From Candidatus Eremiobacteria bacterium (GTDB lineage: Bacteria > Vulcanimicrobiota > Vulcanimicrobiia > Vulcanimicrobiales > Vulcanimicrobiaceae), in assembly GCA_963758295.1 (NCBI GenBank), contig CAVWUU010000001.1, positions 256,001 to 320,000 of the forward strand: 64,000 nucleotides of DNA. Direction: 5' to 3'. This document shows positions 48,827 through 57,604 of the stretch, piece by piece. The notes beneath the pieces were generated by a model. It was given only the letters and a program-made list of their open reading frames with translations. It did no database searches and was not told the origin of the DNA. Every line of letters begins with the position of its first letter. Positions within the stretch are counted from its first letter, which is position 1. Both the position numbers and the translations under genes were made by a program.

Positions 48827-49210
48827 CTATTCCTCGTCGCGCACGGGAGTGGGCTTGCCGTCCGGCCCGATGGCCACGAAAACGAAGCGGCCGACCGTGG
48901 AGAGCCGGCGCTCGCCGCTCGTGGGATGCTCGGCCCACAGCTCCACTTCCACGGTGATCGACGTGCGGCCGATGCGATCGACCCGGGCGATGGTTTCCAC
49001 GAATTCGCCGGCGCGAATCGGCTGCTTGAAATCGATGCGATCCACCGAAGCGGTCACGACAGTCTTGCGGCAGCTGCGCATGGCCGCAATCGACGCGACC
49101 ACGTCCATCATGGCGAGCGCTTTTCCGCCGAAAAGCGTGCCGTAATGGTTGGTTTCATGCGGAAAGACGATTTCGGTGCGCCGCTCGACGATTTGTTCGG
49201 TTTCGTTCAT
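48827..49210 (-). CDS. Acyl-CoA thioesterase (hotdog fold, YciA-like)
   Basis: [36 protein letters not shown]. Confidence 0.92.
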   Translation of the reverse strand: MNETEQIVERRTEIVFPHETNHYGTLFGGKALAMMDVVASIAAMRSCRKTVVTASVDRIDFKQPIRAGEFVETIARVDRIGRTSITVEVELWAEHPTSGERRLSTVGRFVFVAIGPDGKPTPVRDEE

Positions 49211-49295
49211 GACGGCGTCACTGATTCGCGGCGGCGCCGGGCGCTCATGCCCAGCGGGCGCGGCGGCTTTTTCTGCGAATCGGTGTAACTCTATC

Positions 49296-50213
49296 ATGCA
49301 AGCTCAATTCGATGAAGCGACCCGCGAAGGCATCGCTGTTGCGGAACCGTTGATCCGTCCGTACATCCGGCGCACGCCGTTGCTCGACGTCGACGGCGTT
49401 GCCGTGAAAGTCGAATCGATGCAAGTGGCCGGGTCGTTCAAAGCACGCGGTGCCTTTACAAATATGCTCGCGCGGCAAATCCCAAGTGCAGGCGTCGTCG
49501 CAGCATCCGGGGGCAATCACGGCGCGGCGGTTGCGTATGCGGCAAAAAGGCTCGGCGTTCCGTGCAAGATCTTTATCCCGGAGGTGTCATCGCCCGCGAA
49601 AGTCGAGCGAATCCGTTCGTACGGAGCGGAGCTTGTAATCGTTCCGGGTACGTACAGCGACGCATACGCGGCAAGTCTGGTAGATGCAGCCGAGTCGGGC
49701 GCGTTGCAGATTCACGCGTTCGACTCCGTTGAAACGATCCTTGGCCAAGGGACGATTGCAAAAGAAATCGAGGAACAAGCTCCGCATCTCGACTCGCTGC
49801 TTGTTGCGGTCGGCGGCGGCGGATTGATTGCCGGCATCGCGACGTGGTTCGGAAAGCGGATGCGCGTCGTTGCGGTCGAGCCGGAAGGCGCGCCGACGCT
49901 TACGCACGCCGTAACCGCAGGCGCACCGATCGATGCACCGACCGGCAGCATTGCCAACGATTCGCTTGCACCGCGCCGAGTCGGCGAACGCGTCTACGAA
50001 ATCTTGAAGCGCTCGCTCGACCGCGTCGTTTTGGTAAGCGACGAAGAAATTCGCGCGGGACAAACAGCCTTATGGGAAAAAGCCCGAATCGTTGCGGAGC
50101 CCGGCGGAGCTGCAGCATACTGTGCATTGTTGGCGGGAAAATACCGCCCCGAAGCCGGCGAACGCGTCGGCGTCGTTGTTAGCGGCGGAAATACGGTGCT
50201 TACATGGATTTAA
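49296..50213 (+). CDS. PLP-dependent serine/threonine dehydratase family protein
   Basis: K.E.MQ.AGSFKARGA, ASGGNHG, VGGGGL, EPGGA, SGGN. Confidence 0.92.
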   Translation: MQAQFDEATREGIAVAEPLIRPYIRRTPLLDVDGVAVKVESMQVAGSFKARGAFTNMLARQIPSAGVVAASGGNHGAAVAYAAKRLGVPCKIFIPEVSSPAKVERIRSYGAELVIVPGTYSDAYAASLVDAAESGALQIHAFDSVETILGQGTIAKEIEEQAPHLDSLLVAVGGGGLIAGIATWFGKRMRVVAVEPEGAPTLTHAVTAGAPIDAPTGSIANDSLAPRRVGERVYEILKRSLDRVVLVSDEEIRAGQTALWEKARIVAEPGGAAAYCALLAGKYRPEAGERVGVVVSGGNTVLTWI

Positions 50214-50971
50214 GGATTCGCGAACGCGTGGCACTCGTTACCGGTGCGAGTGACGGCATCGGGAAAGCGGTCGCGCTTACGCTTGCCGCGGAAGGCGTGA
50301 AGCTCGCGGTCGCGGCGCGCCGTTTGGAAAAGCTCGAGGCCGTTGCATCCGAGGCACGCTCCGCGGGCGCTATTGACGCCCGCGCGTTCGAACTCGATCT
50401 GAACGATGCGAGCGGCATTACTTCAATGCTCGAACGAGTGCGTTCCACATTTGGCGCGGTCGACATCCTCGTTGCTAACGGCGGCGGCCCCAAACCCGGT
50501 ACGTATACGCAAATGCAACTCGAAGATTGGGATTGCGCCTATCGCGGACAGCTTCGCAGCATGGTGGAGTTGGTGAACGGCGTGTTGCCGTCGATGCGCG
50601 AACGCCAATGGGGACGGATCGTCGCACTTACGTCTTCATCGGTAAAGCAGCCGATTGGCAATCTCGTGCTTTCGAATAGCTTTCGTGTCGCGTTGGTCGC
50701 GGCGCTAAAAACATTGTCGCTTGAGGCGGGGCGAGACGGCGTTACGGTAAACGCGATTGCCACGGGACGCGTGCTCACCGACCGGCTTCGTCATCTCTAT
50801 CCGGACGAAGCGGCAATGCAGGAGGCGGCAGGGCAAGATATTCCGCTCGGACGGGTGGCGACGCCGGAGGAATTTGCGCCGATGGTGGCGTTCTTGTGCA
50901 GTGAGCCGGCGCGTTACGTCACTGGCCAGACGATTGCCGTCGACGGCGGGATGATTAAATCGTTATTCTAA
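50204..50971 (+). CDS. Short-chain dehydrogenase/reductase
   Basis: TGASDGIG, DILVANGGGP, IPLGR...PEE, YVTGQ.I.VDGG. Confidence 0.92.
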   Translation: MDLRIRERVALVTGASDGIGKAVALTLAAEGVKLAVAARRLEKLEAVASEARSAGAIDARAFELDLNDASGITSMLERVRSTFGAVDILVANGGGPKPGTYTQMQLEDWDCAYRGQLRSMVELVNGVLPSMRERQWGRIVALTSSSVKQPIGNLVLSNSFRVALVAALKTLSLEAGRDGVTVNAIATGRVLTDRLRHLYPDEAAMQEAAGQDIPLGRVATPEEFAPMVAFLCSEPARYVTGQTIAVDGGMIKSLF

Positions 50972-51219
50972 AGGAGCGTTTGCAGCTCGCCCAATGACGC
51001 GTCGAGATCGCCTTTTGTCTTGAGGGAATCGAGCGAAGATGCGATACGCTCGGCTAAATCTTGTGGAAGTTCGAGCACGACCTTTCCGGCAAGCTCTGCA
51101 TCGAGTTGTTCGATGGCGCGTTTTGCCATGTTCGCTTGTCCGAAGGAGTAAGCGTGATGCGAGGCGTTGCCAAGCAGATCGAGCTCGGACTTTAACCAGG
51201 ATCGATACTCACTGATCAT
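50968..51219 (-). CDS. Small hypothetical protein (helical)
   Basis: 83-aa ORF filling the gap, protein-like composition (HHAYSFGQANMAKRAIE); start uncertain. Confidence 0.55.
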   Translation of the reverse strand: MISEYRSWLKSELDLLGNASHHAYSFGQANMAKRAIEQLDAELAGKVVLELPQDLAERIASSLDSLKTKGDLDASLGELQTLL

Positions 51220-51541
51220 GCCGGAATTCATTCGCGTTGCGCATGCGGCAGCCGTGCCGCCCGGAAAAAGTTCCACCGTCATAGCAGGTCGCTACGAGGT
51301 CGCGCTCTTTAATGTTGAGGGGACGATCTACGCGCTCGAGAACGCCTGTCCGCACCAAGGCGGCCCGCTGGCCGACGGGTACCTCGAGGGGCCGCTCGTC
51401 ACGTGTCCGTGGCACGCTTGGTGCTTCGACGTGAAAACGGGCAAAATGACCCTCGGCGATTTTGCTGTCGTGCCTCGTTTTGAGGTTCGCGTCGAAGACG
51501 GCAGCATTTTCGTCTCCACCGAGCCTCTCGAGGAAGTATGA
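51218..51541 (+). CDS. Rieske [2Fe-2S] ferredoxin
   Basis: CPHQGGPL...CPWH.W.FD..TG. Confidence 0.93.
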   Translation: MPEFIRVAHAAAVPPGKSSTVIAGRYEVALFNVEGTIYALENACPHQGGPLADGYLEGPLVTCPWHAWCFDVKTGKMTLGDFAVVPRFEVRVEDGSIFVSTEPLEEV

Positions 51542-52041
51542 ACGATCAACCGGCTTGGGATGGGCGCTTAGGTACCGCCGGCGGCCCTGCATTCGGCTCC
51601 GCGCTCTCGACCTTTGCGGCCGAACGCGACGTGAGCCACGGCCGCCTCGCCGAAGCGACCGGCCTGCCGCTCGAAACCGTCGCCGCCGTCCTGGCGGGAA
51701 CTCAACGAATCGGCATTTCGGCGCTCGCGCGTTTAGCGCAAGCGCTGCGTGCACGGCCGATCGAGTTCTTGCAGAAGAGCGCGATCTTATCGCTCGATGC
51801 CTACGCCTTCGGGCTCGATCCGCTTTATTTTTTGCCCGAGGGACCGGTGCGTTACGACGCGCGCATTTACATGCGCGAGATCAATCCGCGCCACCAAGTT
51901 CCCGAAGGCGACATGACCAAGCGCAATCCGGCGCTGAAGGGGCTTGCGGAGGACGAGGTGCTCGATCCGCTCGGAAAACTCGAAATTGAACTAGCCTACT
52001 TGCTTCGTGCAGCGGTGCAACACACGGGTGGGACACTCTAG
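51538..52041 (+). CDS. XRE-like HTH protein with unknown C-terminal domain
   Basis: S...LAEATGL...V..V..G...I....LARLAQAL; ATGA overlap with the Rieske gene. Confidence 0.7.
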   Translation: MNDQPAWDGRLGTAGGPAFGSALSTFAAERDVSHGRLAEATGLPLETVAAVLAGTQRIGISALARLAQALRARPIEFLQKSAILSLDAYAFGLDPLYFLPEGPVRYDARIYMREINPRHQVPEGDMTKRNPALKGLAEDEVLDPLGKLEIELAYLLRAAVQHTGGTL

Positions 52042-52066
52042 CCCGGGGAGCGAATCCGCGGAGACG

Positions 52067-52630
52067 ATGCAAGGACTCGATGGCAAGCGTATCGCCGCGC
52101 TGATCGGCGATGGATTCGAAGAAGCGGACCTGATGGAACCGCGCAAGGCATTAGAAGATGCCGGTGCGATCGTGACCATCGTCGGGATCGACGAGCGTTC
52201 CCGGCAGAAGATTCAAGGGAAGCGCGGACTGGAGAATGGCCAGACGGTGCGAGCCGAAGAGCTCGTGGCCGACGTGACCGCCGAAGATTTCGATGGCGTG
52301 CTTATTCCGGGGGGAACCTCGCCGGACCACATTCGCACCGATAAGGAAGTGCAGCGTTTCGTTCGCGAGTTCGATTCGGCCAAGAAGCCGATGTTCTCGA
52401 TCGGACACGGGGCACAGGTGCTTATTTCGTCGCAACTCGTTCGCAGCCGTCAAATTACGGGCGCGCACTCCATTGCCGACGACATTCGCAATGCCGGCGG
52501 ACTCTATCGCGATCAGCCGACGGTGCAAGACTCCAACTGGGTCAGCACCCGCGGCGGCGAAGACATGCCCCAATTCAACCGCGCGATGCTGGAGAAACTG
52601 GCCGCATCAGGAGCGGCACAAGCGGTTTAA
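52067..52630 (+). CDS. DJ-1/PfpI family protein lacking the nucleophile cysteine
   Basis: DGFEEAD, FDGVLIPGG.SPD..R, SIGHGAQVL where AICHG is canonical. Confidence 0.88.
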   Translation: MQGLDGKRIAALIGDGFEEADLMEPRKALEDAGAIVTIVGIDERSRQKIQGKRGLENGQTVRAEELVADVTAEDFDGVLIPGGTSPDHIRTDKEVQRFVREFDSAKKPMFSIGHGAQVLISSQLVRSRQITGAHSIADDIRNAGGLYRDQPTVQDSNWVSTRGGEDMPQFNRAMLEKLAASGAAQAV

Positions 52631-52652
52631 GCTGCCTGGGAAATCCAGTCAT

Positions 52653-52682
52653 AAAAGAACCGCGCAACGGCGCGGTTCTTTT
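52653..52682. terminator. Bidirectional intrinsic terminator
   Basis: AAAAGAACCGCGC-AACG-GCGCGGTTCTTTT. Confidence 0.85.
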
Positions 52683-52685
52683 GTT

Positions 52686-53345
52686 TTAAATCGGGTCGTG
52701 CCGGGCGAGTGCCTCGCCATATTGTCGTAAGGCGAAGAAGCCGACGAGCGAGCAGAACAATACTTCGCTCGCCACGCCGATTGCGTCGCCGGCGTGCGTG
52801 ACGAACGCATCGCCGTATACGGCCAAAACATAGCCGATTGCGGCCGTCGCACACGCAAGAGAAACGTAGAGCCATCGCGTTGCGCGCGATCGGATCGTTG
52901 CGTTCAAAGCGACGAGCGTGCTCGCGAGCACGCAAAACAGCACGAGTGCAAAGAATGCCGGCGGGGCCGCAAAACCGCTGAGAAACTGCGCGAACCAATA
53001 AACGAGCGCTGCGAGAAACGCGGCGATCGCCGGAACGATCGCTTTCGCGCGCGCAAGCTCGCGGCCAAAGAGCGGGGCGCTTTGCTCGGTGATGTCGAGC
53101 ATCATGTGCCGCCCCGGACCTTGCAGCAGCGCGATCGAGATGCCGATGGCGCCGCAGAAAAACATCGGTCCGGCGAGCCATACGCTTCGGGTTGCTAAAT
53201 CGGCGCCCATCGGGTCGGTGACCGCCATGATTCCATGCGGTTGGATGAAGGCAACCACTGCGGCCGTAGCGGACGAGAAGAGTAACGTCCGCCTTTCCGC
53301 GCGCAAGCGTCCGCCCACGATCGCACGCAACGCTCTGAGCGTCAT
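52686..53345 (-). CDS. Multi-pass membrane protein, ABC-permease-like
   Basis: About 6 TM helices; EQSAPLFGRELARAK loop; coupled to the upstream ATPase-like gene. Confidence 0.7.
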   Translation of the reverse strand: MTLRALRAIVGGRLRAERRTLLFSSATAAVVAFIQPHGIMAVTDPMGADLATRSVWLAGPMFFCGAIGISIALLQGPGRHMMLDITEQSAPLFGRELARAKAIVPAIAAFLAALVYWFAQFLSGFAAPPAFFALVLFCVLASTLVALNATIRSRATRWLYVSLACATAAIGYVLAVYGDAFVTHAGDAIGVASEVLFCSLVGFFALRQYGEALARHDPI

Positions 53346-53914
53346 ACGTGCTGCGCCTCGCGCGCCGGGGCATATGCGGCAGCCGTTTCGCGGTCGACGT
53401 GCGTCGAAAAAATTGCGCAACCGCGTGCGGCCTCTTTGATGGCCTGCGCGTGTGAAGGCGACGGCCGATCCAGTACCAGCAGCGCCGGCGACGGTAACAA
53501 CGCTGCAACGACGGGATAGGCGAAGGCTTCGTGCAAGCTGCTGAGCCGTTCTAATAGCAACGTTGCATGCGCGTGCGCTCGAACCGGATCGATATCCCAA
53601 AGCGCCGCGCGATAGGCGATGTAGCGTGCGAAGGAGCCCGCCGCGAGAACCAACGGGTCGTGCGGAACAAATGCAGCGATGCGCTTACAATGCACCGGCT
53701 GCACGCGCGGATCGAATTCACCGACGAGCACGTTGCCTTGCGAGCAACGCGCGAGTCCCGCGGCCATCATTGCCACCGCGTTAGCTTCGCGCCCGGTGGC
53801 GCAGAGCCGCGCGACGTGCGTTCCCGGATCGACGTCGAGAGTGGTAGGCGGCACAACGACTTCGCCGCTTCTCAGGAAGCTCGCATCGCGCATGCGCAAA
53901 ACGGGCGCGCTCAC
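53342..53914 (-). CDS. Degenerate ABC ATPase-like protein
   Basis: ABC-like scaffold (AGL..CSQG.V.V, AFVPHD, LLVLDRP, FSTH) with no GxxGxGK Walker A or LSGGQ. Confidence 0.65.
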   Translation of the reverse strand: MSAPVLRMRDASFLRSGEVVVPPTTLDVDPGTHVARLCATGREANAVAMMAAGLARCSQGNVLVGEFDPRVQPVHCKRIAAFVPHDPLVLAAGSFARYIAYRAALWDIDPVRAHAHATLLLERLSSLHEAFAYPVVAALLPSPALLVLDRPSPSHAQAIKEAARGCAIFSTHVDRETAAAYAPAREAQHV

Positions 53915-55014
53915 TCCACGAATTCCAAACGCGAATTGGGCCGGTCCGGGCGGCCCACTTTATGGCATTCGCGCCAAACGCCGTCGCGCTGCAGCGAAAC
54001 AATGTCTGCGGTGAAATCGAAACGTCCGGAGCCGGCAAAGAACGCGCTGCCGACGGCGTACGCGTCTACCGGCACGCTCTTTCGTTCGAATTCGGCGATG
54101 CGCTCGGGCGTAAATCCCCCGCTAGCGACAATTTTCACCTTCGTGAAGCCTTCGGTATCCAATGCGGTACGCACGTTCCACACCAGGCGCGGATTCACTC
54201 CGGTCGGCGAAAACGTCCCCATTTGGTTCCAAATCGAACGATCCACCAGTGTGCCCGACGTATCGAGACGCACGCCCCATAAGCGGTCGCCGAGCGCGCG
54301 CGCAACTTCGAGGCTCGTTCGCACGCAGTCGTTTTCGAAGTCGACGAGCGAAATAACGGCGACGTTTGGATCGGTAAGTTCGGCGAATTTTTTCGTAGCG
54401 AGCACCGTGTCGCCGCCATAAGCGGCAATGAGCGCGTGCGGGACCGTCCCCATGCCCCGGGCGCCCCACCATTCGGCGTTGGCGTCGGTCGAAACACCGA
54501 GCGCACCGGAGATATAGGCGGCGTATCCGTCGCCGGTCTGGACCAGATGGTGGTCGAACCGCGCCGGAAAGAACAGAACCGTTTTTCCTTGCGCCGCCGC
54601 CACGATGGCGCGGGCGTTCGAAGCGATGCGCGTCCGTCGCGAAAGAGCGCCCAGGTAGGGCGTTTCCAGATGCGCGAACAGGCCATAGTCGCCCTCGATC
54701 GTCATGACGGTCTCGTACGGCGACACGGCATCGCCGTCGTGGAGGGCGCGCACCTTGAGCTGCCCCCAGCCGTCCTCCCAGGTCCCGTTGACGGTTCGGC
54801 CGCTGCACAGTCTCAAGATCGCCAGTGCCTCATCGATGCCGCATAGCACGCCTTCGGTTCGCTGGAACACCTGCATTTTGACGACCGGATGGTAATCGTC
54901 GAGTTCTAAAATCGCCCGCGTCCGATTGAAGTACGTGTCCGAGTAGTAACCCGCGCGCATCTTCTCGACCGGGAGATTGAAGATCGAAGGATCCAACCGT
55001 TTAGACGCCATCAT
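53911..55014 (-). CDS. Nicotinate/quinolinate phosphoribosyltransferase family protein
   Basis: YYSDTYF, FPARFDH, GTVPHALI, LVDFEND, GVRLDTS, IVASGGF, YAVGS. Confidence 0.85.
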   Translation of the reverse strand: MMASKRLDPSIFNLPVEKMRAGYYSDTYFNRTRAILELDDYHPVVKMQVFQRTEGVLCGIDEALAILRLCSGRTVNGTWEDGWGQLKVRALHDGDAVSPYETVMTIEGDYGLFAHLETPYLGALSRRTRIASNARAIVAAAQGKTVLFFPARFDHHLVQTGDGYAAYISGALGVSTDANAEWWGARGMGTVPHALIAAYGGDTVLATKKFAELTDPNVAVISLVDFENDCVRTSLEVARALGDRLWGVRLDTSGTLVDRSIWNQMGTFSPTGVNPRLVWNVRTALDTEGFTKVKIVASGGFTPERIAEFERKSVPVDAYAVGSAFFAGSGRFDFTADIVSLQRDGVWRECHKVGRPDRPNSRLEFVE

Positions 55015-55049
55015 AAGGTCAGTTCGGCCGGGCCGCGAAGAAATCCGCG

Positions 55050-56780
55050 ATGCTCGATAACGCCGCAATCGCCCGCAAGCTTCTCGAGATCCGTACGCTC
55101 ATGGAGATGGCCGGCGAAAGCTTTTACAAATACATGGCGTTCGAAAAGGCCGCCGCGTCGATTGAGAACGCCCCTCCGCTGCGCGATATCATCGTGGCCG
55201 GAGAGCTGCTGAACCTGCCCGGCGTCGGAAAGTCGATCGCCGTCGTCGTCGCGCAACTCGTTGAAGGCGGCTCCGCGGAGGCGTTGGAGTCATTGCATCA
55301 ACGCTTCCCACCCTCCATCATGGAGGTGCTCGGAGTCAGCGGAATCGGCACGAAGACCGCGGGAATGCTTTGGACCGACTATCAGATCGGCTCGCTCGCC
55401 GATCTCGAAGTCGCTATTGCGAGCGGTGCGCTCGAGGGTGTCCCGCGCCTCGGGCCAAAGACGATCGACAATTGGCGCCGCGGCATTCTTGCTTACAAAG
55501 GACGCCAGAAACGAACGCCGCTTGCCCGTGCATTGAAGGTTGCGCATGAAGCGATGGAGTTTTTGCGAGCCGGGCCGGATCATCACCGATTGACGTTCGG
55601 CGGAAGCGTGAGGCGGCAAGAAGTAACGGTCGGCGACGTCGACTTGGTGTGCACTGCTTCGGATGCCGCTGCAATCACCGCGTATTTTGCGACGTGGGAG
55701 CGCGCGCATGCGATCCTCGCCGAGGGGCCGACCAAAACGAGCGTCTGGCTCGAGAACGGCTTGCAAATCGATTTGCGCGTGCTGCCCGATCACCTCTACG
55801 GAAATTTGCTGCAGCACTTCACCGGCTCGCGCGAACACAACATCAAACTTCGCGAGCACGCCGTTCGGAAACAGCTTCGGGTGAGCGAAAACGGCATCTT
55901 GAATTTGGAGACCGGCGACGTTATCGTTTGCTCGGAAGAACACGAAGTCTACGCGGCGCTGGGCATGCAATACATTCCACCTGAACTGCGGCTCGGTCTA
56001 GACGAAATCGATCTAGCGCGTCAAAACGCTGTACCGGAAGTCGTCGCTCTCGCCGACGTGCGCGGCGATTTTCACATGCATTGCACGTGGAGCGACGGCC
56101 GCGACACGCTGGAAGAAATGATTGCCGCGGCAGGCGCGCGCGGATATGATTACCATGCGATCAGCGATCATTCATGGGGCCGCGGAAAACGCTACGGACT
56201 CGATCCGCAAACTCTGCGCGAACAGCGCAAGCGCGTTGAAGAGCTCGGAAAGATGTACGGGATTCGGACCCTGTGCGCGAGTGAAGTTGATATTTTGCCC
56301 GATGGAGCTATGGATTATGACGAAGCCGTCCTCGCGGAGCTCGACATCGTCATCGCAAGCGTTCACTCGTCATTCAACCAGACCCGCGAAGAGATGACGC
56401 GCCGCTTGATTCGCGCGTGCGAGAATCCGTACGTCTCCATTATCGGCCATCCGACCGGGAGAATGCTCGAGGGATTCGGCGGTTACGAATTCGATTACGA
56501 TGCCGTCTTTGCGGCGGCCGCACGCACCGGCACGGCGCTTGAGATCGACGGCCAAGCTCTGCGTCTCGATTTGCCGGCACAACTTGCACGCCGCGCGAAA
56601 ACTTTTGGCGTGCGCTTCACGGTGGACAGTGATGCGCACAAAGTGGGAGATTTGTCGAACGTCGAGCTTGCGGTCGGCCAAGCGCGCCGCGCCGGACTCA
56701 CTAAAGAAGATATTTTGAACGCGCAGCCGCTGGACGACGTACTCGCGTTCGTCGCGCGCAAGCGAGGAGCGGCAGTTTGA
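55050..56780 (+). CDS. polX: DNA polymerase X with PHP 3'-5' exonuclease domain
   Basis: HhH motifs, GSVRR....GDVD, QIDLR, HFTGS, PPELR, DFHMH..WSDG, DSDAH. Confidence 0.95.
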   Translation: MLDNAAIARKLLEIRTLMEMAGESFYKYMAFEKAAASIENAPPLRDIIVAGELLNLPGVGKSIAVVVAQLVEGGSAEALESLHQRFPPSIMEVLGVSGIGTKTAGMLWTDYQIGSLADLEVAIASGALEGVPRLGPKTIDNWRRGILAYKGRQKRTPLARALKVAHEAMEFLRAGPDHHRLTFGGSVRRQEVTVGDVDLVCTASDAAAITAYFATWERAHAILAEGPTKTSVWLENGLQIDLRVLPDHLYGNLLQHFTGSREHNIKLREHAVRKQLRVSENGILNLETGDVIVCSEEHEVYAALGMQYIPPELRLGLDEIDLARQNAVPEVVALADVRGDFHMHCTWSDGRDTLEEMIAAAGARGYDYHAISDHSWGRGKRYGLDPQTLREQRKRVEELGKMYGIRTLCASEVDILPDGAMDYDEAVLAELDIVIASVHSSFNQTREEMTRRLIRACENPYVSIIGHPTGRMLEGFGGYEFDYDAVFAAAARTGTALEIDGQALRLDLPAQLARRAKTFGVRFTVDSDAHKVGDLSNVELAVGQARRAGLTKEDILNAQPLDDVLAFVARKRGAAV

Positions 56781-57604
56781 TTCAAACGCAAACGATCGGC
56801 ACGCCGGACGGCGCTTGCACGGGTGTTCGTTTCGCAGGTTCACGGGGGCCCGCGTTGGTCTTCGTGCACGGCGTGGGATCGACAGCCGCCATCTGGGATC
56901 GGCAGCTCGAAACCTTTAGCGATCGTTTCCGCTGTGCGGCGATCGAATTGCGAGGAAACGGCGTACCGAAACCGGAGCCTGATCCCTCGCTTATCACTCG
57001 CGAGGGTTATGCGACCGACGTGCTGGCGGCTTGCGACGCGCTGGGAATAGACCGGTTCACGCTCGTTGGCTGCAGTCTCGGCGGCGTCGTGGCGTTCGAA
57101 TTGTGGGGCCGCGCGCCGGGACGCGTCGAGGCGATGGCGATCGTCGGCAGCTTCGCGCGCTATCCTCACGCACAAGAGTACGCTGCGTCGATTCGAACGG
57201 GCGTCGAGCAAGCCGGATCCATGCAAGCATTCGCCGAGCTGCGTGCGGCTAAGATGGGCTTGCCGCCGGAGCGGCTTCGGGAGACGTTAGATCAAATGGC
57301 GTGCAAGCAAGTATCGTCATACTTGGCGGCGACGGATGCGACATGGACCGGCGATTTTTCCAAAATTTTGCCGATGATTAACGTACCGGTGCTGGTGATG
57401 TGTGGGAGTCGAGACGTCATCGCTCCGCCGGAGCTTTCGCGAGCGATCGCGAGCGGCATCCCCGGTGCTTCCTTGGAGCTCGTGCCTGAGGCCGGGCACG
57501 TAGCGAACGCCGATAATGCCGCCGCCTTTAACGAATTGCTTTCTGAGTTTCTCGAGACTGCGGTACTGCACGATGCCAACGGTTACTCCGCTTCCGGAAA
57601 ATGA
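56777..57604 (+). CDS. Alpha/beta fold hydrolase
   Basis: FVHGVG, GCSLGG nucleophile elbow, G.RD, AGH. Confidence 0.9.
   Translation: MIQTQTIGTPDGACTGVRFAGSRGPALVFVHGVGSTAAIWDRQLETFSDRFRCAAIELRGNGVPKPEPDPSLITREGYATDVLAACDALGIDRFTLVGCSLGGVVAFELWGRAPGRVEAMAIVGSFARYPHAQEYAASIRTGVEQAGSMQAFAELRAAKMGLPPERLRETLDQMACKQVSSYLAATDATWTGDFSKILPMINVPVLVMCGSRDVIAPPELSRAIASGIPGASLELVPEAGHVANADNAAAFNELLSEFLETAVLHDANGYSASGK

Noticed and set aside
54755..54780. Third GWG occurrence
   Set aside because: It lies inside the PRTase CDS (EDGWGQLK) and does not match FxGWGPK.
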